A stretch of DNA of 64,000 nt from Eledone cirrhosa (lineage: Eukaryota). The notes beneath the pieces were generated by a model. That model ran no database searches. It saw only the letters and a program-made list of their open reading frames with translations, and was not told the DNA's origin. The position numbers and the translations under genes were made by a program. The DNA lies in assembly GCA_964016885.1 (NCBI GenBank), contig OZ024742.1, forward strand, positions 154,938,001-155,002,000. The letters are read 5' to 3'. Shown here piece after piece: positions 28,934-43,007 of the stretch; position 1 is the first letter of the stretch; every line of letters begins with the position of its first letter.

Positions 28934-30600
28934 GCCAAAAGTAGAAACAATTATACCATGTACCAAGTACTGCTCTGATTTGTGGCGATCCCTGTCTCTG
29001 TATCGCATACTATTAATATATATGTATATGATAAGATCAATGCTACCAGACCTAATAGAAGTTTAGTATATATGAACCAAAGTTAACCTTTTGAAAACAA
29101 TCACCATCAATTCACAAAATAGCTGATTCGCAGAAGCTTCTCCAGATATGTATTTGACGATTAATATAAACATAAAAATTGTGTATATTAAGATATAATC
29201 TTCTGAATTTCAAGTTGATTCGATTAATATTCATGACGAGATACAAAACACCTATTAAGAGACAATAACATTAATGAAGGAACATCGACCCGTTTACTGA
29301 ACCTCCAATGACTAGTAGTTCCGTACACCATAGCATATGTTTCGACCTGAAAAAAGCAAATTGATATTAGATATTTCAGTCTTTGATTCATTACCTAAAA
29401 AGAAAGTATTCTGCGAAGCCTAAGAATTCACTGTTATAGTCGTTGGGAAAGAGAAAAGTGTGTAATTATATGTATTTGAGAGTAAAATGTGTAAAGAAGC
29501 ACAGCGACGGTGCTTGTGTGAAATGAAGCAATTTTGCTTGAAAGAGAGAGGGTGGGGGTGGGGGTACACTTTTAAGTAAAACGGAAAAGCTAATATTATG
29601 TGAGAATGAGATTGAAGAATACACTCCAGAGAAATATGTGACAGGTGAAAAGACCGACAGACAAGCAGATGGTAGGTTACAGTGATATAAGTGTATTAGA
29701 CAGTGTGAAAGAAAAAAATGATTGACACATATTGAATATAGATAATACATTAACATAAATAGCTACACGTATGTGTATCCACTTAAAGGAGAAGAAAGGT
29801 ATGACGAGGAAGAGTGAAGGATAGAGAAATGCGTAAACGGGAGGAACTGTCGGTAAGACAATGATACAACAAATTTGGCAAATCTGCTAATCTCCGTTTC
29901 TTACTATTTCCTCAATCTTATTATGTCAGTTTCTTCCTCATTCTGCTTGAGAATTATATTTAGTGTACCAGTATTTCTAAAATACACAGGCATTCATGTG
30001 ATAATTTCACCAGTGGACATTTCAGTTAATGAAAGCTTCCATGGAATCCATCCAGTCTATGGAAGTGCTGACTTCTCACAAGAGAGGAATGTAGGTTGAA
30101 GTGAAGAGAAATATGATGTTTGCTTCAATGTAGGATACATTCCATACGATGGATTCAAGCAAATATCTAATTAGATAGCAACAATTAGTACAGTTGAGCA
30201 ACGTTACGGTTTTATAAGAAAATAGTGGGTCAGTAACTGTTTTTGGCATGTGTCATATCATCTGTATGTAGTGGTATGTCTCTCCGCTAACATCGTTGCT
30301 TCATCGAAAAAAGAATATGTATGTATATATCTAAACCATAATAAATAAGGAGCGCGGGACTGGGTACGGTTTACAATTTTTTAGCCCATTAGTAAAATAA
30401 GTTGGTTTACTTTGAATAAATAATGAATGAATATTACATAATTTATCGACTAAATTTCGAGGCTGTTCATTAAATATATTTTATTACTTATTTAATGATT
30501 CCCTTCTTTAAAAATTTCAAATTTCAACACTTCCGGTTAGCGATCGCTTAGATAAATATTTATATATTTCTATCACTAATTTTCTCCTAATGCAGTTTAT

Positions 30601-31110
30601 ATATAATATCGTCTATTTTTAATATATCATGGATTACGTTACTGATTACATAAGTGTAACACAGCCTTCGTTCAATTTCTGTGTATATTGTCAATTACGA
30701 TTTTATTTGATCCTATGCATATATACATGCGAATAACATTAATATACGCACTACACATGCTAGCAGATATATAATATCGTCTTTTTTTAATGTATCATGG
30801 ATTACATAAGTGTAACACAGTCTTCGTTCAATTTCTGTGTATATTGTCAATTATGATTTTATTTGATCCTATCTACATGCATATATACATGCGAATAACA
30901 TCAATATACGCTCTACACATGCTAGCAGATATATAATATCGTCTTTTTTAATGTATCATGGATTACGTTACTAATTACATCAGAGAGTGTAACACAGTCT
31001 TCGTTCAATTTTTGTGTATATTGTCAATTACGATTTTATTTGATGTATCATATCTACATGCATATATAATTGCGTATAATATCAATATACACACTACACA
31101 TGCTAGCAGA
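30601..31110. repeat. Three-copy tandem repeat, unit about 162-180 bp
   Basis: ATATAATATCGTCT...CTACACATGCTAGCAGA units start at 30601, 30769 and 30931. Confidence 0.92.
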
Positions 31111-31307
31111 AAACCACCCGCTGGTTTAATTATTTTATAAATTTTCACCGATAGAGATAGTACCATGATGATATCTTTAGACATCTGCTTATGATATGGA
31201 TATCTTCAATGTTAATTACACAGAATCAACACCACATCAATTTCATGCACAAGCAGTTACGTTAATTGAATCAACTGAATCACTCTTCGTAAGAAACGAC
31301 GGAAGGC

Positions 31308-31340
<33 letters not shown>

Positions 31341-31384
31341 TGTATGTATGTATGTATGTATGTATGTATGTAGGCATGTATGTT

Positions 31385-31707
31385 TATCGTGTTCTTCTTT
31401 TTGGTAAATATCATCATGGTTAAGAGAGTGGGACTGGCTTTGTGCAGTGCCTTTGCTCACTATAAAAGCTTCACGGCACAGGCATTCCTTTATACCTGGA
31501 GATCTCTGATCTCTCTACACTTGTCGTCACATGGTACCATGGGCCCAACACTATGTGTCAATAATTGTCACAAGTGTAGTGTTCGTACCAGAGTATTCAA
31601 GTCGCTGGCTGGGCTAAAATGTCACACTCGTTCAGCACATCGGTAGGGGATCTCCTACATGGATATAAAGTAGTGGCCGTACTCGAAAACGAGTTGGCAG
31701 CCACCAT
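31385..31707 (+). mobile_element. 5'-truncated RTE-derived element inserted in (TATG)n
   Basis: HKCSVRTRVFKSLAGLKCHTRSAH resembles the RTE C-terminal zinc finger. Same 3' end as 28047. Confidence 0.7.
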
Positions 31708-34272
31708 GTATGTATGTATGTATGTATGTATGTATGTATGTATGTATGTATGGACGTGAGTACGTGTATGTGTGTATGTATATATGTATGTTATGTATGT
31801 ATCTATTTGGAAATGTCGCGAAGGAAAACGCACTTCACGCCTCTGTAGGTTGTTACTCTGATTTTCTCTTCTCTGGTATGGATTTTCATCATCAAAAATT
31901 TAATAAACAAATGTATGTGTAAGTATATATGTTAGCATATGCCTGTATTATGTATACATATATAAATGAACATATGTATGTTTATATATGTGTAATTGTA
32001 AGCGTGTATATATATATGTATATATGTATGTGTGCGTGTGTTTTTATGTAAATTATGAAACCAAAGTTATGATAATAAAATGCAAAGTAACTACACACAA
32101 TATTTGATCGCAGATATTCTAAGAATCAATGTTATGTTATACAAAACCTGGCATATCTCTGCCAACGTACACACATTCATCAAGACAGTCATAAGGTGCC
32201 GAGCGAATTCTAAAATATAACACTCCTACCTAGAACATAGAGACATAAACGAATGAAGTTAATAGAGTAACATATCTCTTTATAAACGGAATTGATTAGA
32301 TTAGAAGTTTTATTTATCACGGCAATACAACACGTTCTCCTGACATAACTGGTTAAATCAATCACCGGTAATCGTCGATTCTTGATAGACGTGAACAACA
32401 TTATAACTATCGAGAAAAAGTGTTTGATAACTATCAATAATAGATCGAAAAATATTTCCTAATAACAACCCTGAAGCAAAATGTTGTATTGATAGCTAAC
32501 AACGTTGATTTTATTGTGGAGAAAGCAACGTTGGATATGATCTAGGCGTTTTCCCTTCTAACCAAGAATATTAGTTTAACAAATATCTAGTTTATCGCTT
32601 ATATCTAATCTATTGGAATATCTCCCTACTCCCCCCTCTCTCTCTCTCATGCACCATTTCTCTCTTTCGCTCTCCTTCTCTCCAGACGATTACCAACACC
32701 TGCCCATGTCTCGAATTGTTAATAGTTTCACTATATATTTATTAACTTAATGTCAGTCATGATGGTGTATGAATAATTCCTAAATGTCTTTATACGATTA
32801 ATGCAATGCAACTTGTAGAATAATAAGGTGTTTATATTTTCTTTTTCTTTCTTCATGTGGCTTTTAAGGCATTTAAAAACTTGTTAGGATAACAAGATAC
32901 TGTATATTTTGTATAATGTTATTCCGTTGAGTATTGCTTAAGTGTAACACTGTTAGCATACCTCTGATGTCCATAAATGTATGTCTACAAGAATTAATTT
33001 CCAAAAATACATGAAAAGAGAAGTAAACGAATATAGCATTATAAGTACTAGAACCAGCACTATTTAGATTCCACAAACAATATATACGACTCTCTACGGT
33101 CGAGTCTTGCTAGTTAATTCAAGTAACATTATTGAGACGGTTTAGTTTCTGCTCACGATCGATTGAGCAGACGTATGATCCGATCCAGTTCAGGAATGAA
33201 TACATACATCTTTCTCGATGTATTTAGGACTACGTAACCTAATATATTTTGTTAATGCAATGAAGCATGCTATGAAGGAGATTTGACTGTTATTTTAGAA
33301 GGGTAAGTGTTGCCTCGATAACAAAAAGATCTCAATCACGTACATAGAAAAAGTAGTGTAATATTGACAAATGCACCATTAACCGAACATACTTAGTTTC
33401 GTGTTACCTATGCATACGTGTTTCATAGAATATCTAACAATGCGTTTCTAAATTAAACGCCATTACGGCGAGTCTGGAGAGGATTCTAAAACGAACACAC
33501 ATGGAACGGAAATATTTCAATAAACGATGATGTCATATTAAAGATGATGGACCTCTTTCATTCTTTAAAGAAACTGTACATTTATATTGATATGTTTCAT
33601 CATTTATCGGAATTTCAATGTGATTTTCTTTCGGGTTTGCAAATACGCTAAGACAGAATTAACTCCTAGGAATGGGGCACATGGAAAAATAATTAAATGA
33701 ATATATAAATAACAAAATATGTCTATATCGCATTTCATTTCATTATATTTGAAAGTCAAGTGCGGAAGAGTGGTTGAACTGTTTAGGCGTCGATCATGTA
33801 CTTATCACTATTCATTTCGGCCCTGTAAATGTTATGTGAAACCACTGCTGAGGCCAGTCTTGCTTTTCGGTCGAGAGTTAAATGTACCATTTACAGAATT
33901 CACAGTTCTTACAAAATCACAGACGTAGTATTTACACAATATAAATGCAGGAGTCGTGCGATTTACGAACGGGTTCCAAAATAGGTGTAGTGAGCAGGTC
34001 AAAAACCAAAATGCTATACGAAGCATAAGAGCAAAATATAGATTAGTAGACCACAATTTCCAATGTCCTTAGTAAGTAATCTGTATACTACTAAAGCTCT
34101 CTAATTGCTTGCATGCTTGTCAGTAATGTATTACAGCCAAAAGGACGCATAAGGGGAAAATAGTTTGAAAGGAATTTGACTTTGAAATGGGAATGCAAAA
34201 TGGAATAAAACAAGTTTCGAGTAAATCGGAGCCCGTGTTCCCGAGATATGGTTTTTTTCCGGGTACCTTCAT

Positions 34273-34313
<41 letters not shown>

Positions 34314-34456
34314 TAGAGAGAGAGAGAGAGAGAGTGAGAGAGAGAGAGTGGTCGTGAGAGAGTAGATTGAAAGAGAGACATAGAGAGAGGGAGATGAGAC
34401 ATATAAGGAGAATAAAAGAGAGCTGGTGGTGTTGTATATATATATGTGAATGTGTG

Positions 34457-34489
<33 letters not shown>

Positions 34490-34541
34490 CTCTGACCAGT
34501 GTATTTAGAGAACACCCACCCACATACACACACACACACAC

Positions 34542-34580
<39 letters not shown>

Positions 34581-34664
34581 GGCCTTCCAGTTTCATTTCC
34601 CATTATATACATGCCTGTGTATATTTTAATTATTTAATATAAATGGTTAATGCAAACCTCGTCA

Positions 34665-34760
34665 ATCATCATCATCATCATCATAATCATCATCATCGTC
34701 ATAATCATCATCATCATCATCGTCATCATCATTATCATCATCATCATCATCATCATCGTC
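34665..34760. repeat. (CAT)n microsatellite
   Basis: Read directly from the sequence. Confidence 0.95.
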
Positions 34761-36642
34761 AGCAACCAGAGAGCTTTTTGTTTTTACCGTTTCGTCTACT
34801 GCAAAGGTTTTTCAAGATCCTGTAATTCTCAATTTAACTTCTATGCTTGCGAATATTAGACTGCAAATATTCAGGTTTGACATTGAATGCACCAATCACA
34901 CCAGTTTACTCATGTCACAAACACATCTCTCCTCACTTATCTATTTTTTTTTAACTGCCTAAACGTAAATAACGCCGCAACCGTAGCAAGGAACACACCA
35001 ACAACATTACTATGAGAATTATTTACATATGTAGAATTACAGTCTGGGTAGCTATTCCATCAAATATATTGAGAACGACATACTGTTTGTTATCCAATCC
35101 CTGTCTATTATTATATAGCGGTTCGCTTAAATATTGCATTGTATTATACTGGGCACCGTTCAATTAACTACAGATACTTCATCTTTTTTTGCTCATACAA
35201 AAACATTGGCCTGGTTCCAAAATAACCATTCTAAAATAACCATTTTACCTTCTCTTCATATGTATATATTAATTTTTCTGTTGATTTGAAAATTTGTTAA
35301 AAGCTTTGTGGACCATTCTAGAAAGATTTCCCCAGCAAGGTTCTTCGCAATTCACTTGATTAGTAAACAAATCATGAGTGAGTCTCTCAATGACTGAGAT
35401 GAAATGTGATGTGATACCGTGGGAATTAGCGCCGACCATAGTTTAACCAAATAGAATAACATTATTGGTTTTATGGGGGACACATCTCGATTTCACTGTC
35501 TCACTTTGATTAATGTATTTGAAAAGGAAAGAAAATAAAAAAAACAATTACCAATATTTACAAGTTAGGAATATTAAAGAGACTGATACCCATTTATTTT
35601 CGGATATGGGAGTTGAAATTTAAACAACTGTCCAATTTTCCAAGGTTTCAGTTTACAAGTCTGTGGTGTTTTTGTTTTGTTCTATTACCCAGGGATTGCC
35701 GTGACTTAGCGCAATACTTTAATCAATGAAAGTGTAATCGTTACCATTCCATCGTTTTAGAGATAGAGTGCATCCATATCTACATTATCTAAATTAATAT
35801 TCAGACTTTCGGATAATGAGGTTTGATTTAAACATTTGGTTACTTTAAAATCATTTTCGAAATTAACAATGATTTGGAGAGATTTACAAAAAATCATAGT
35901 CTTTTTATTAATGTCCTTTTTAGAGTAGAATTTCTCAAATGCTCCTACATACAATTATGATGGAACATTTTGTTAGAAAATATACTGTATAAAATAACAA
36001 ATATTTGTATTTTAGAAAGACGTGGTTTGATGTAACTTGGAAACGTGACACACGTATCTTTCTGGAATATGAATTACTGGCTTATAACTCCTCCGATTCC
36101 CTCTACTATATGAAATTGTGTTAGTTCGAATCCAACAGAGTTGTGATCAGTATGTCTATACATTTATAAATTCGTCAACTACCTTTTCATCATATATAGT
36201 TATGTATAGCTGAATAGACGCAGCTGTAGAAGCACCACTTATTTTAAAATAAAACCATTGTTTAGCAATCAATATGTCAAATTCTATGACGGATATGCTT
36301 TTTACAGATTCTTTGTAAACATCGGCATCTATTTCTAGTTTGTGGATACTTTTTGTGTTAAAAAGCATAGGACCTAGCTTAAATTATTCTCTTCTGTTGC
36401 TGTGTGTGTATCACTAGATGTTGTTATATGCTATTAATTTTCTACTGAATTACCATTCGTCATTTTGCAAAAGAGAAGCATTATTTATGTTGGTTGTACG
36501 GATCATAATTTGACAGCAAATATCTCGTCGAAATTATAAACGTTAAATTTCGTTAAATTAAATCCTCACTGTCAAATACTCATGCACATATGCATTGCTA
36601 TTTCTCTCTACCTCTTTCTTTCTCTCCCTGTTCATATCTATT

Positions 36643-36693
<51 letters not shown>

Positions 36694-36895
36694 ATGGTTG
36701 CAAATGGGTTACATATAGATAAATTTAGTCCTTCATCCGTGATCTTCCAGCCTTCATTAGTATTTCACGCAATGTCCCATACACAGTCTCCCTGAGAAAT
36801 ACGGTAAGGCTGCGGAATGATCAGCCACTGACAGGTTAATTTTACAAAAGCAGGCAATTCGTTGATTATATTTATATATATGTATATATATATAT

Positions 36896-37085
36896 ATCTT
36901 GTTTACTGTCTCGCTCGTTCCCCCTATTTACGTGTCCCAACGACTTTCTTTAGCCGTTGCTCGCTCCAACCAGAGGTATATGGTCTTTAAACACCATATA
37001 CCTCTGGTTGGTGCGAGCAACGGCTAAAGAAAGTCGTTGGGACACGTAAATAGGGGGAACGAGCGAGACATTAAACAACAAGATA
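36896..37085. mobile_element. Near-perfect hairpin element with about 88-bp arms, set in (TA)n (family E)
   Basis: Loop CTTTAAAC at 36985-36992. An unfolded relative at 62478-62600 continues to CACTGATGAAGG. Confidence 0.85.
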
Positions 37086-37338
37086 TATATATATATATAT
37101 ATATGTAGGTATGTATGTATACGTACATACATATATGTATACAGACGTACAGTAGCATGCATATATATATATACATATATGCACACAGGTACACATACAT
37201 ATATGCACGCATCAGTTTAGCCGACGTTTATTATAACGCAGCTTTGTTCGTTTGTTTGTCAACAAACAGAACAGCCTGAATTTATGCCATACGGTGTTAA
37301 GGCAACCACGTCACCTTTTTGTTCAACACTGACACAGG

Positions 37339-37383
37339 AACGATGTACTAGTTTCAAGCTTGTTAGCTATCATCAGCACCGTT
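37339..37383 (-). ncRNA. Mirror copy of the same hammerhead
   Basis: Exact reverse complement of 37556-37600. Confidence 0.88.
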
Positions 37384-37555
37384 TACCCATCTGCCAGATA
37401 GTTGAACGTTCGAAAGTATATACTTTTTTCAACTTATCGTTTTCGGTATGCCTGACCGATTTAACTCACTCAATATGCAAATTAGGCTGCTCAGCCGTTA
37501 ATTTTCATAAGGAAAGTATATACTTTCGAACGTTCAACTATTTGGCAGATGGGTA

Positions 37556-37600
37556 AACGGTGCTGATGATAGCTAACAAGCTTGAAACTAGTACATCGTT
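37556..37600 (+). ncRNA. Minimal type I hammerhead ribozyme, intact core
   Basis: AACGGTG-CTGATGA-T-AGCT-AACA-AGCT-T-GAAA-CTA-GTA^-CATCGTT: 7-bp stem I and palindromic stem III ACTAGT. Confidence 0.88.
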
Positions 37601-37759
37601 CCTGTGTCAGTGTTGAACAAAAAGGTGACGTGGTTGCCTTAACACCGTATGGCATAAATTCAGGCTGTTCTGTTTGTTGACAAACAAACGAACAAAGCTG
37701 CGTTATAATAAACGTCGGCTAAACTGATGCGTGCATATATGTATGTGTACCTGTGTGCA

Positions 37760-37801
<42 letters not shown>

Positions 37802-38142
37802 TGCTACTGTACGTCTGTATACATATATGTATGTACGTATACATACATACTTACATTTAAGTAAGTGCCATACTAAGAGTGAGAAATGAAATTTCGTTTT
37901 CATTTTTTTCAACTTATATATATATATATATATACAATCAACGGAATTGCCTGCTTTTGTAAAATTAACCTGTCAGTGGCTGATCATTCCGCAGCCTTAC
38001 CGTATTTCTCAGGGAGCCTGGCTCGGAGAATTGCAGATACAACCCATTTTTGCCAGCTGAATGGACTGGCGCAACGTGTAATTAAGTCTTACACACACAC
38101 ACACACACACACATACACACACACACACACACACACAGGCAC

Positions 38143-38218
<76 letters not shown>

Positions 38219-38300
38219 ACATATATACACACACACACACATACATACATACATGCACACATAAATACATACATACATACATACATACATACATACATAC

Positions 38301-38359
<59 letters not shown>

Positions 38360-39230
38360 TATTAATTTGATAAATGTCACTTATAAGCACTAATAATATA
38401 GAGCTTTACTACCCGAAATAGCATACGGCTTTATACATATTTTAGAAAACATTTTTATAATTTATAATATCATATCGATGAATAAATTCAAATAATTACA
38501 CGCAGATTGAGCCAAAAGGCGAACGAAAACTAACTCGTATTTTAAATAAAAATAAAAGTCTATAAAATTGAAACATAGTTAAGCGGGCAAAAATATCTAA
38601 TCCAGAAAACTGCAGGAATAAGTCCGAAAACATAATTGATACGAAAAAACAAATTTAAATTTAATATAGTAGAAAAATTGTAATGGTTAAATGATGTGAA
38701 ACACTTCGAACTAAAATTATTAGATTCTTGTATGAAAAATAGAATTAGATTCACAGAAAGGTAATTATTATTTTATTTTTCTAGGATTATGCAAACGGTT
38801 CGATCGGTACACGTGTATTTCCAGCCTAGTGAAATCATTATGGTTAGTTCCCTTTGTATGTTGTTCGGTTGAATGTGGGAAAGAGAGAGTTCAACGTTGT
38901 TGTGTATCTGGTAGAGATGGACATGTATAATTGAGGTACAATCAAATACAGTAGCATACGTTTTTTTTTTTCTAAAACTTGTAGTGACACAAGTAACCTG
39001 GTTTGACAAGGCAAAGGAGAAAGGGAAAGTGTATTCTATATTATATTTTCTTTACACGCTTTGAACGGCATATAAAACAAGAATTAATGTGGAAAAGCAA
39101 TTTTCTATTTCTTACTCTCCTCCTGTCTCTCTACCGCTTTTCTCCCTCTCCAATTGTCTCTCCCCCTTTCTCTCCCACTTTCCCTCTTCAACTTGCCTCA
39201 TCTCTCTATACACACACACATATATATGTA

Positions 39231-39358
<128 letters not shown>

Positions 39359-39504
39359 CATGTGTACGTGTGTATATATATGCATAAAAAAAGAATAGCG
39401 GAAATAAAGAATGAAAAATAAAATATAAATACAATGATGTTTGAAGCTGTAGACAATTTGAAAAAGGCAGGGGTAATAAACTATACTAAAATAAAACATT
39501 GAAA

Positions 39505-39563
39505 TCATCCCCTGAAGAATTTCTATAAAGATGAACTATTTCTTAATATGAACGGTCGAATGA
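39505..39563 (+). ncRNA. Degenerate hammerhead-like motif related to 13802
   Basis: TCATCC..CTGAAGA...GATGAAC...GAACGGTC-GAATGA. Confidence 0.4.
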
Positions 39564-40029
39564 AACTAAATTAACTCAATTTTGGTGTATTGACCAAAAA
39601 AATATAGGTGGAAAAGATCAGAAAAGAAAATGAAGCCTAGGAAATAAGGAGTTGAAATTGAATAAAACGTATGGATGTATAGATGTTCGCCACAATTATA
39701 CACACAGAAATGAATAGACATATGCACACACATAGACATGTGATTTAATAAGTTGTGTTTTATTGTCTACGTCGATATATATATATATATATAACGAAGG
39801 AAATGTGGTAAGGAACCAGGTGGACCATAACGCACCAAAGTACTCAATACTTACGGTAGTAGAGTGGGTAATAGGAACGAGAAGGACCACGACGGCTGAG
39901 TTCAAGCCGTTTAGACGGCTAATTCCGGACTAAATGAAAATGTTTATCCTGGTAAATGAATAGCCGAACTTCGCAGGGGGTAATTCCATATATGGTAAAA
40001 GTGATTGTCACAAGGATTGGTCAAAACTT

Positions 40030-40580
40030 GCACAAGTTTGCACAAAACATCGTATCCTCTAACAACAAAAAACTCAACTTCTATGGGATAAATAACCTAG
40101 ATAGCAGTGGAGAGCTGACCAGGAGGTGTAACTGTCCTGATGAATCTATTTTCCCCCTCGACAACAGATGCAGATATCGTAATGTGATCTACCAGTGCAA
40201 CGTGAGGACGGACACCTCCAACAAAGCTTATATAGGATAAAAGCTTGTGACTTCAAGTCCCGGCTATACCAACAGAGACATACTTTCCGAAACCCGGCCC
40301 GGCGTCACGCCACTACACTTTCGGGCCACATCTGGGACCTCAAAGATAACAATATAACCTATAATCTCACTTGGAGCTTACTGTCCAGAGCCAACTCTTA
40401 CACGGGAGGATCCGTCCGTGTAACTTATGCTCGGAGGAAACATTACAAATGTTGTTTCCGACGGACCAACTCCTAAACAAGAAAGACGAACTGGTAACTG
40501 CGTGCAAACACAGATTGCGGAGGACTTACCTCGCCCTCAAACCCCACAATGACCCGGGGGGTAGACAAGGGCTGAATTAA
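40030..40580 (+). pseudogene. Frameshifted PLE GIY-YIG endonuclease
   Basis: Three overlapping frames join as CNC..(C>F)PLDNRC..NVIYQ..KAYIG / FKSRL..TLSGHIWDLK..WSLL / CNLCSEE..LLNKKDELVTACKH. Confidence 0.88.
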
Positions 40581-41206
40581 CTTTTCGTATTAGTTTTTCA
40601 TATATAGATTGTACGAGCATTTATGTAGTTTGTATTAGAATTTATGTATTGTAGCAGTACTTATATATACCGTATTAGTATTCATGTTTCGGGATTCTGA
40701 TTTAATATTTCGTATTAGTATTTTTTTTAGTATTTTGGCCCCCTACTTTTTGACCTGTCATTGTAAGATAGATTTGGCCGATTACTTCTAACTCATGACA
40801 TTCTTCCACTACAATCTCGTATTTAGTATTCCGTCCCACCTATTAAACGTTTCTATAGCTTAGCAGTACCAGTGAGAGATTTGATGAGTGTGGAAGCGGA
40901 ATAGTAACCAGAAATTGTGTTTTTTTTATATTTTCTATATATTTACTCCATATAGATTTACTTATTGTTTCGAATTCCTCTCCCCTCCCCTTCTCTAGTA
41001 TACTTTTTTCGACCTTCTATCCTTAGAATCTGCTGTAGTTGTCACTTTCAACGCTCGACTGGGTTTCCTCCAATCCGTCTCCCTCTTTTTTCTACTGGCA
41101 AGTCAGCTACCCTACCTTCCACAAAATGTCATGATAGAATCATGTGTCTCAACAACAAACTTTTGACCAATCCTTGTGACAATCACTTTTTACCATATAT
41201 GGAATT

Positions 41207-41302
41207 ACCCCCTGAGATGTTCGGCTATTCATTTACCAGGATAAACATTTTCCTCTAATCCAGAATTAGCTGTCGAAATGGCTTGAGCTCAGCCGTCGGG
41301 GT
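41207..41302 (+). ncRNA. Type I hammerhead variant lacking N7, with a true stem III
   Basis: ACCCC-CTGAGA-TG...C-GAAA-TGGCT-TGAGCTC-AGCC-GTC^-GGGGT. Confidence 0.7.
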
Positions 41303-41306
41303 CCTA

Positions 41307-41396
<90 letters not shown>

Positions 41397-41766
41397 GTTT
41401 ATGATGTAACAGGCATAAAAGTGTTGGATACATTATTGTGTAGGTTTCTTAAAATGTTTATTTCATTTAGCCAGTTCAAAACTTTTTAATGCGTTGACGT
41501 CTATAACCAAGAGAAAGGCCCATTGAACGAACTGTATATCTGAAATATAAACACACAAGCAGCTCCCTATTTGTAATATTGAAATAGAAAATGAGTGAAC
41601 ATAAGACTGTAGAGTTGAAATTTCCCAAACATTGGTTAACATACGGAAGAGCAAGATGTGATCAAACGTGTTACACTCGCCAAATCATCTCAAATACAAA
41701 ATTACACACATGCGTTCCTATTAAACCCAGTTGCATTTTGATACGTTTGAAAATCCTGGAGTAAAG

Positions 41767-41925
41767 GGGCGGTGGTTTGGCAGTATCAATAAATGGTCGG
41801 GCGCTATGCTTGGCAGCATAGAGTTACATCCCTTTACACTCAGAGTTCAAATTGGGGCAATAACAAAAGTACCAGTAATTAACTGGGATAATTGCTGCCC
41901 TTGTGCCCAAAGTAGAAACAAGTAT
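41767..41925 (+). mobile_element. Internally deleted Deu/Nin-like SINE
   Basis: Head and tail match the consensus; the centre is missing. Confidence 0.75.
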
Positions 41926-42524
41926 TACATTCTTGTGATCAGGTGCTGTCCGGTTGGGGAAAGATGTTTATCAGTTTGAATGGTATATCCATTGTCTATT
42001 GCCAAAGATTCCATTCCACGTTTGAGCTGTCAGCATTTAGAAAAGTGGTAGTGAATTAAAAATCCATTTAATGTTTGAATCCTTTAACTATTATAGCATT
42101 TTCAACATATTCTCAGATTACAGCTACCGCCTAATATAATCTATTTCCAGGCGTTGCTTGACACTATAAAATGATGTAGCTGCAGCAAATCCACTTTGAC
42201 ATGAATAGGATTTTTATACGCAACAAAAATGAATCTACTTTAAAAACCTCATACCAAATGCTAATCATGCCTACAAACAAACAAACAAACAAACATACAT
42301 ACAAGCTCGCACGCATATAACACTCAAACACAAACATATTCTCTAACCTTCTTTCCATTACCCTGACAGATAAAGCTATCAAGTTGAATATTCGAAATTA
42401 GCACTACTTTTCTACGTAGAAAGGCAATTATGCACTCAGTCACACAGAATTGAGTGCTCACTCAGTGAATGTATGAATGTTACAAATATATATTTTAGAC
42501 ACATATTCTAACATCACTTCCACC

Positions 42525-42600
<76 letters not shown>

Positions 42601-42632
42601 ATCTCTCTCTCTCTCTCTTTATATATATATAT

Positions 42633-42945
42633 AATGATATTAAATAAATGGAAACTATATTTATGAAACCATATTTATTCTATTATATATATTTCAAGGG
42701 TACCAAAAACTTAGGTACGCTTTCATCATTTAAAAGTATGTTTTATAAATGTTTACATAGCCACGGAACATACCTTATCATTTGAAAGCGTACCAAAGTT
42801 TTTGGTATATATATATAAACATATATATATTGCCTTGTCCGACGAACGAATGACGACGTTTTTCGTATTCGTCTTATTCGGGAAACCTCTGGTAATGAGG
42901 TAATTATATTGTATTGTTTATTATACATTATATATATATATATAA

Positions 42946-43007
<62 letters not shown>

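Larger units (their letters stand above)
37108..37917. mobile_element. Family A element: inverted partial copy plus one full permuted monomer
   Basis: Arms about 37110-37426 and 37513-37850 look identical outside the microsatellite. TTTTTCAACTTAT both opens (about 37425) and closes (about 37917) the sense copy. Confidence 0.85.
39793..41305 (+). mobile_element. 5'-truncated Penelope-like element with inverted pLTR (family D), set in (TA)n
   Basis: GIY-YIG remnant bracketed by an inverted repeat 39875-40026 / 41161-41305. TA tracts on both sides. Confidence 0.88.

Noticed and set aside
30601-31110. CRISPR-like array
   Set aside because: Whole units repeat with no unique spacers, and the context is eukaryotic.
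34120-34275. Possible mariner-type terminal sequence
   Set aside because: No matching second TIR identified.
35650-36370. Minus-strand coding-like short ORFs, possible transposase relic
   Set aside because: Broken by stops, with no motif I can name with confidence.
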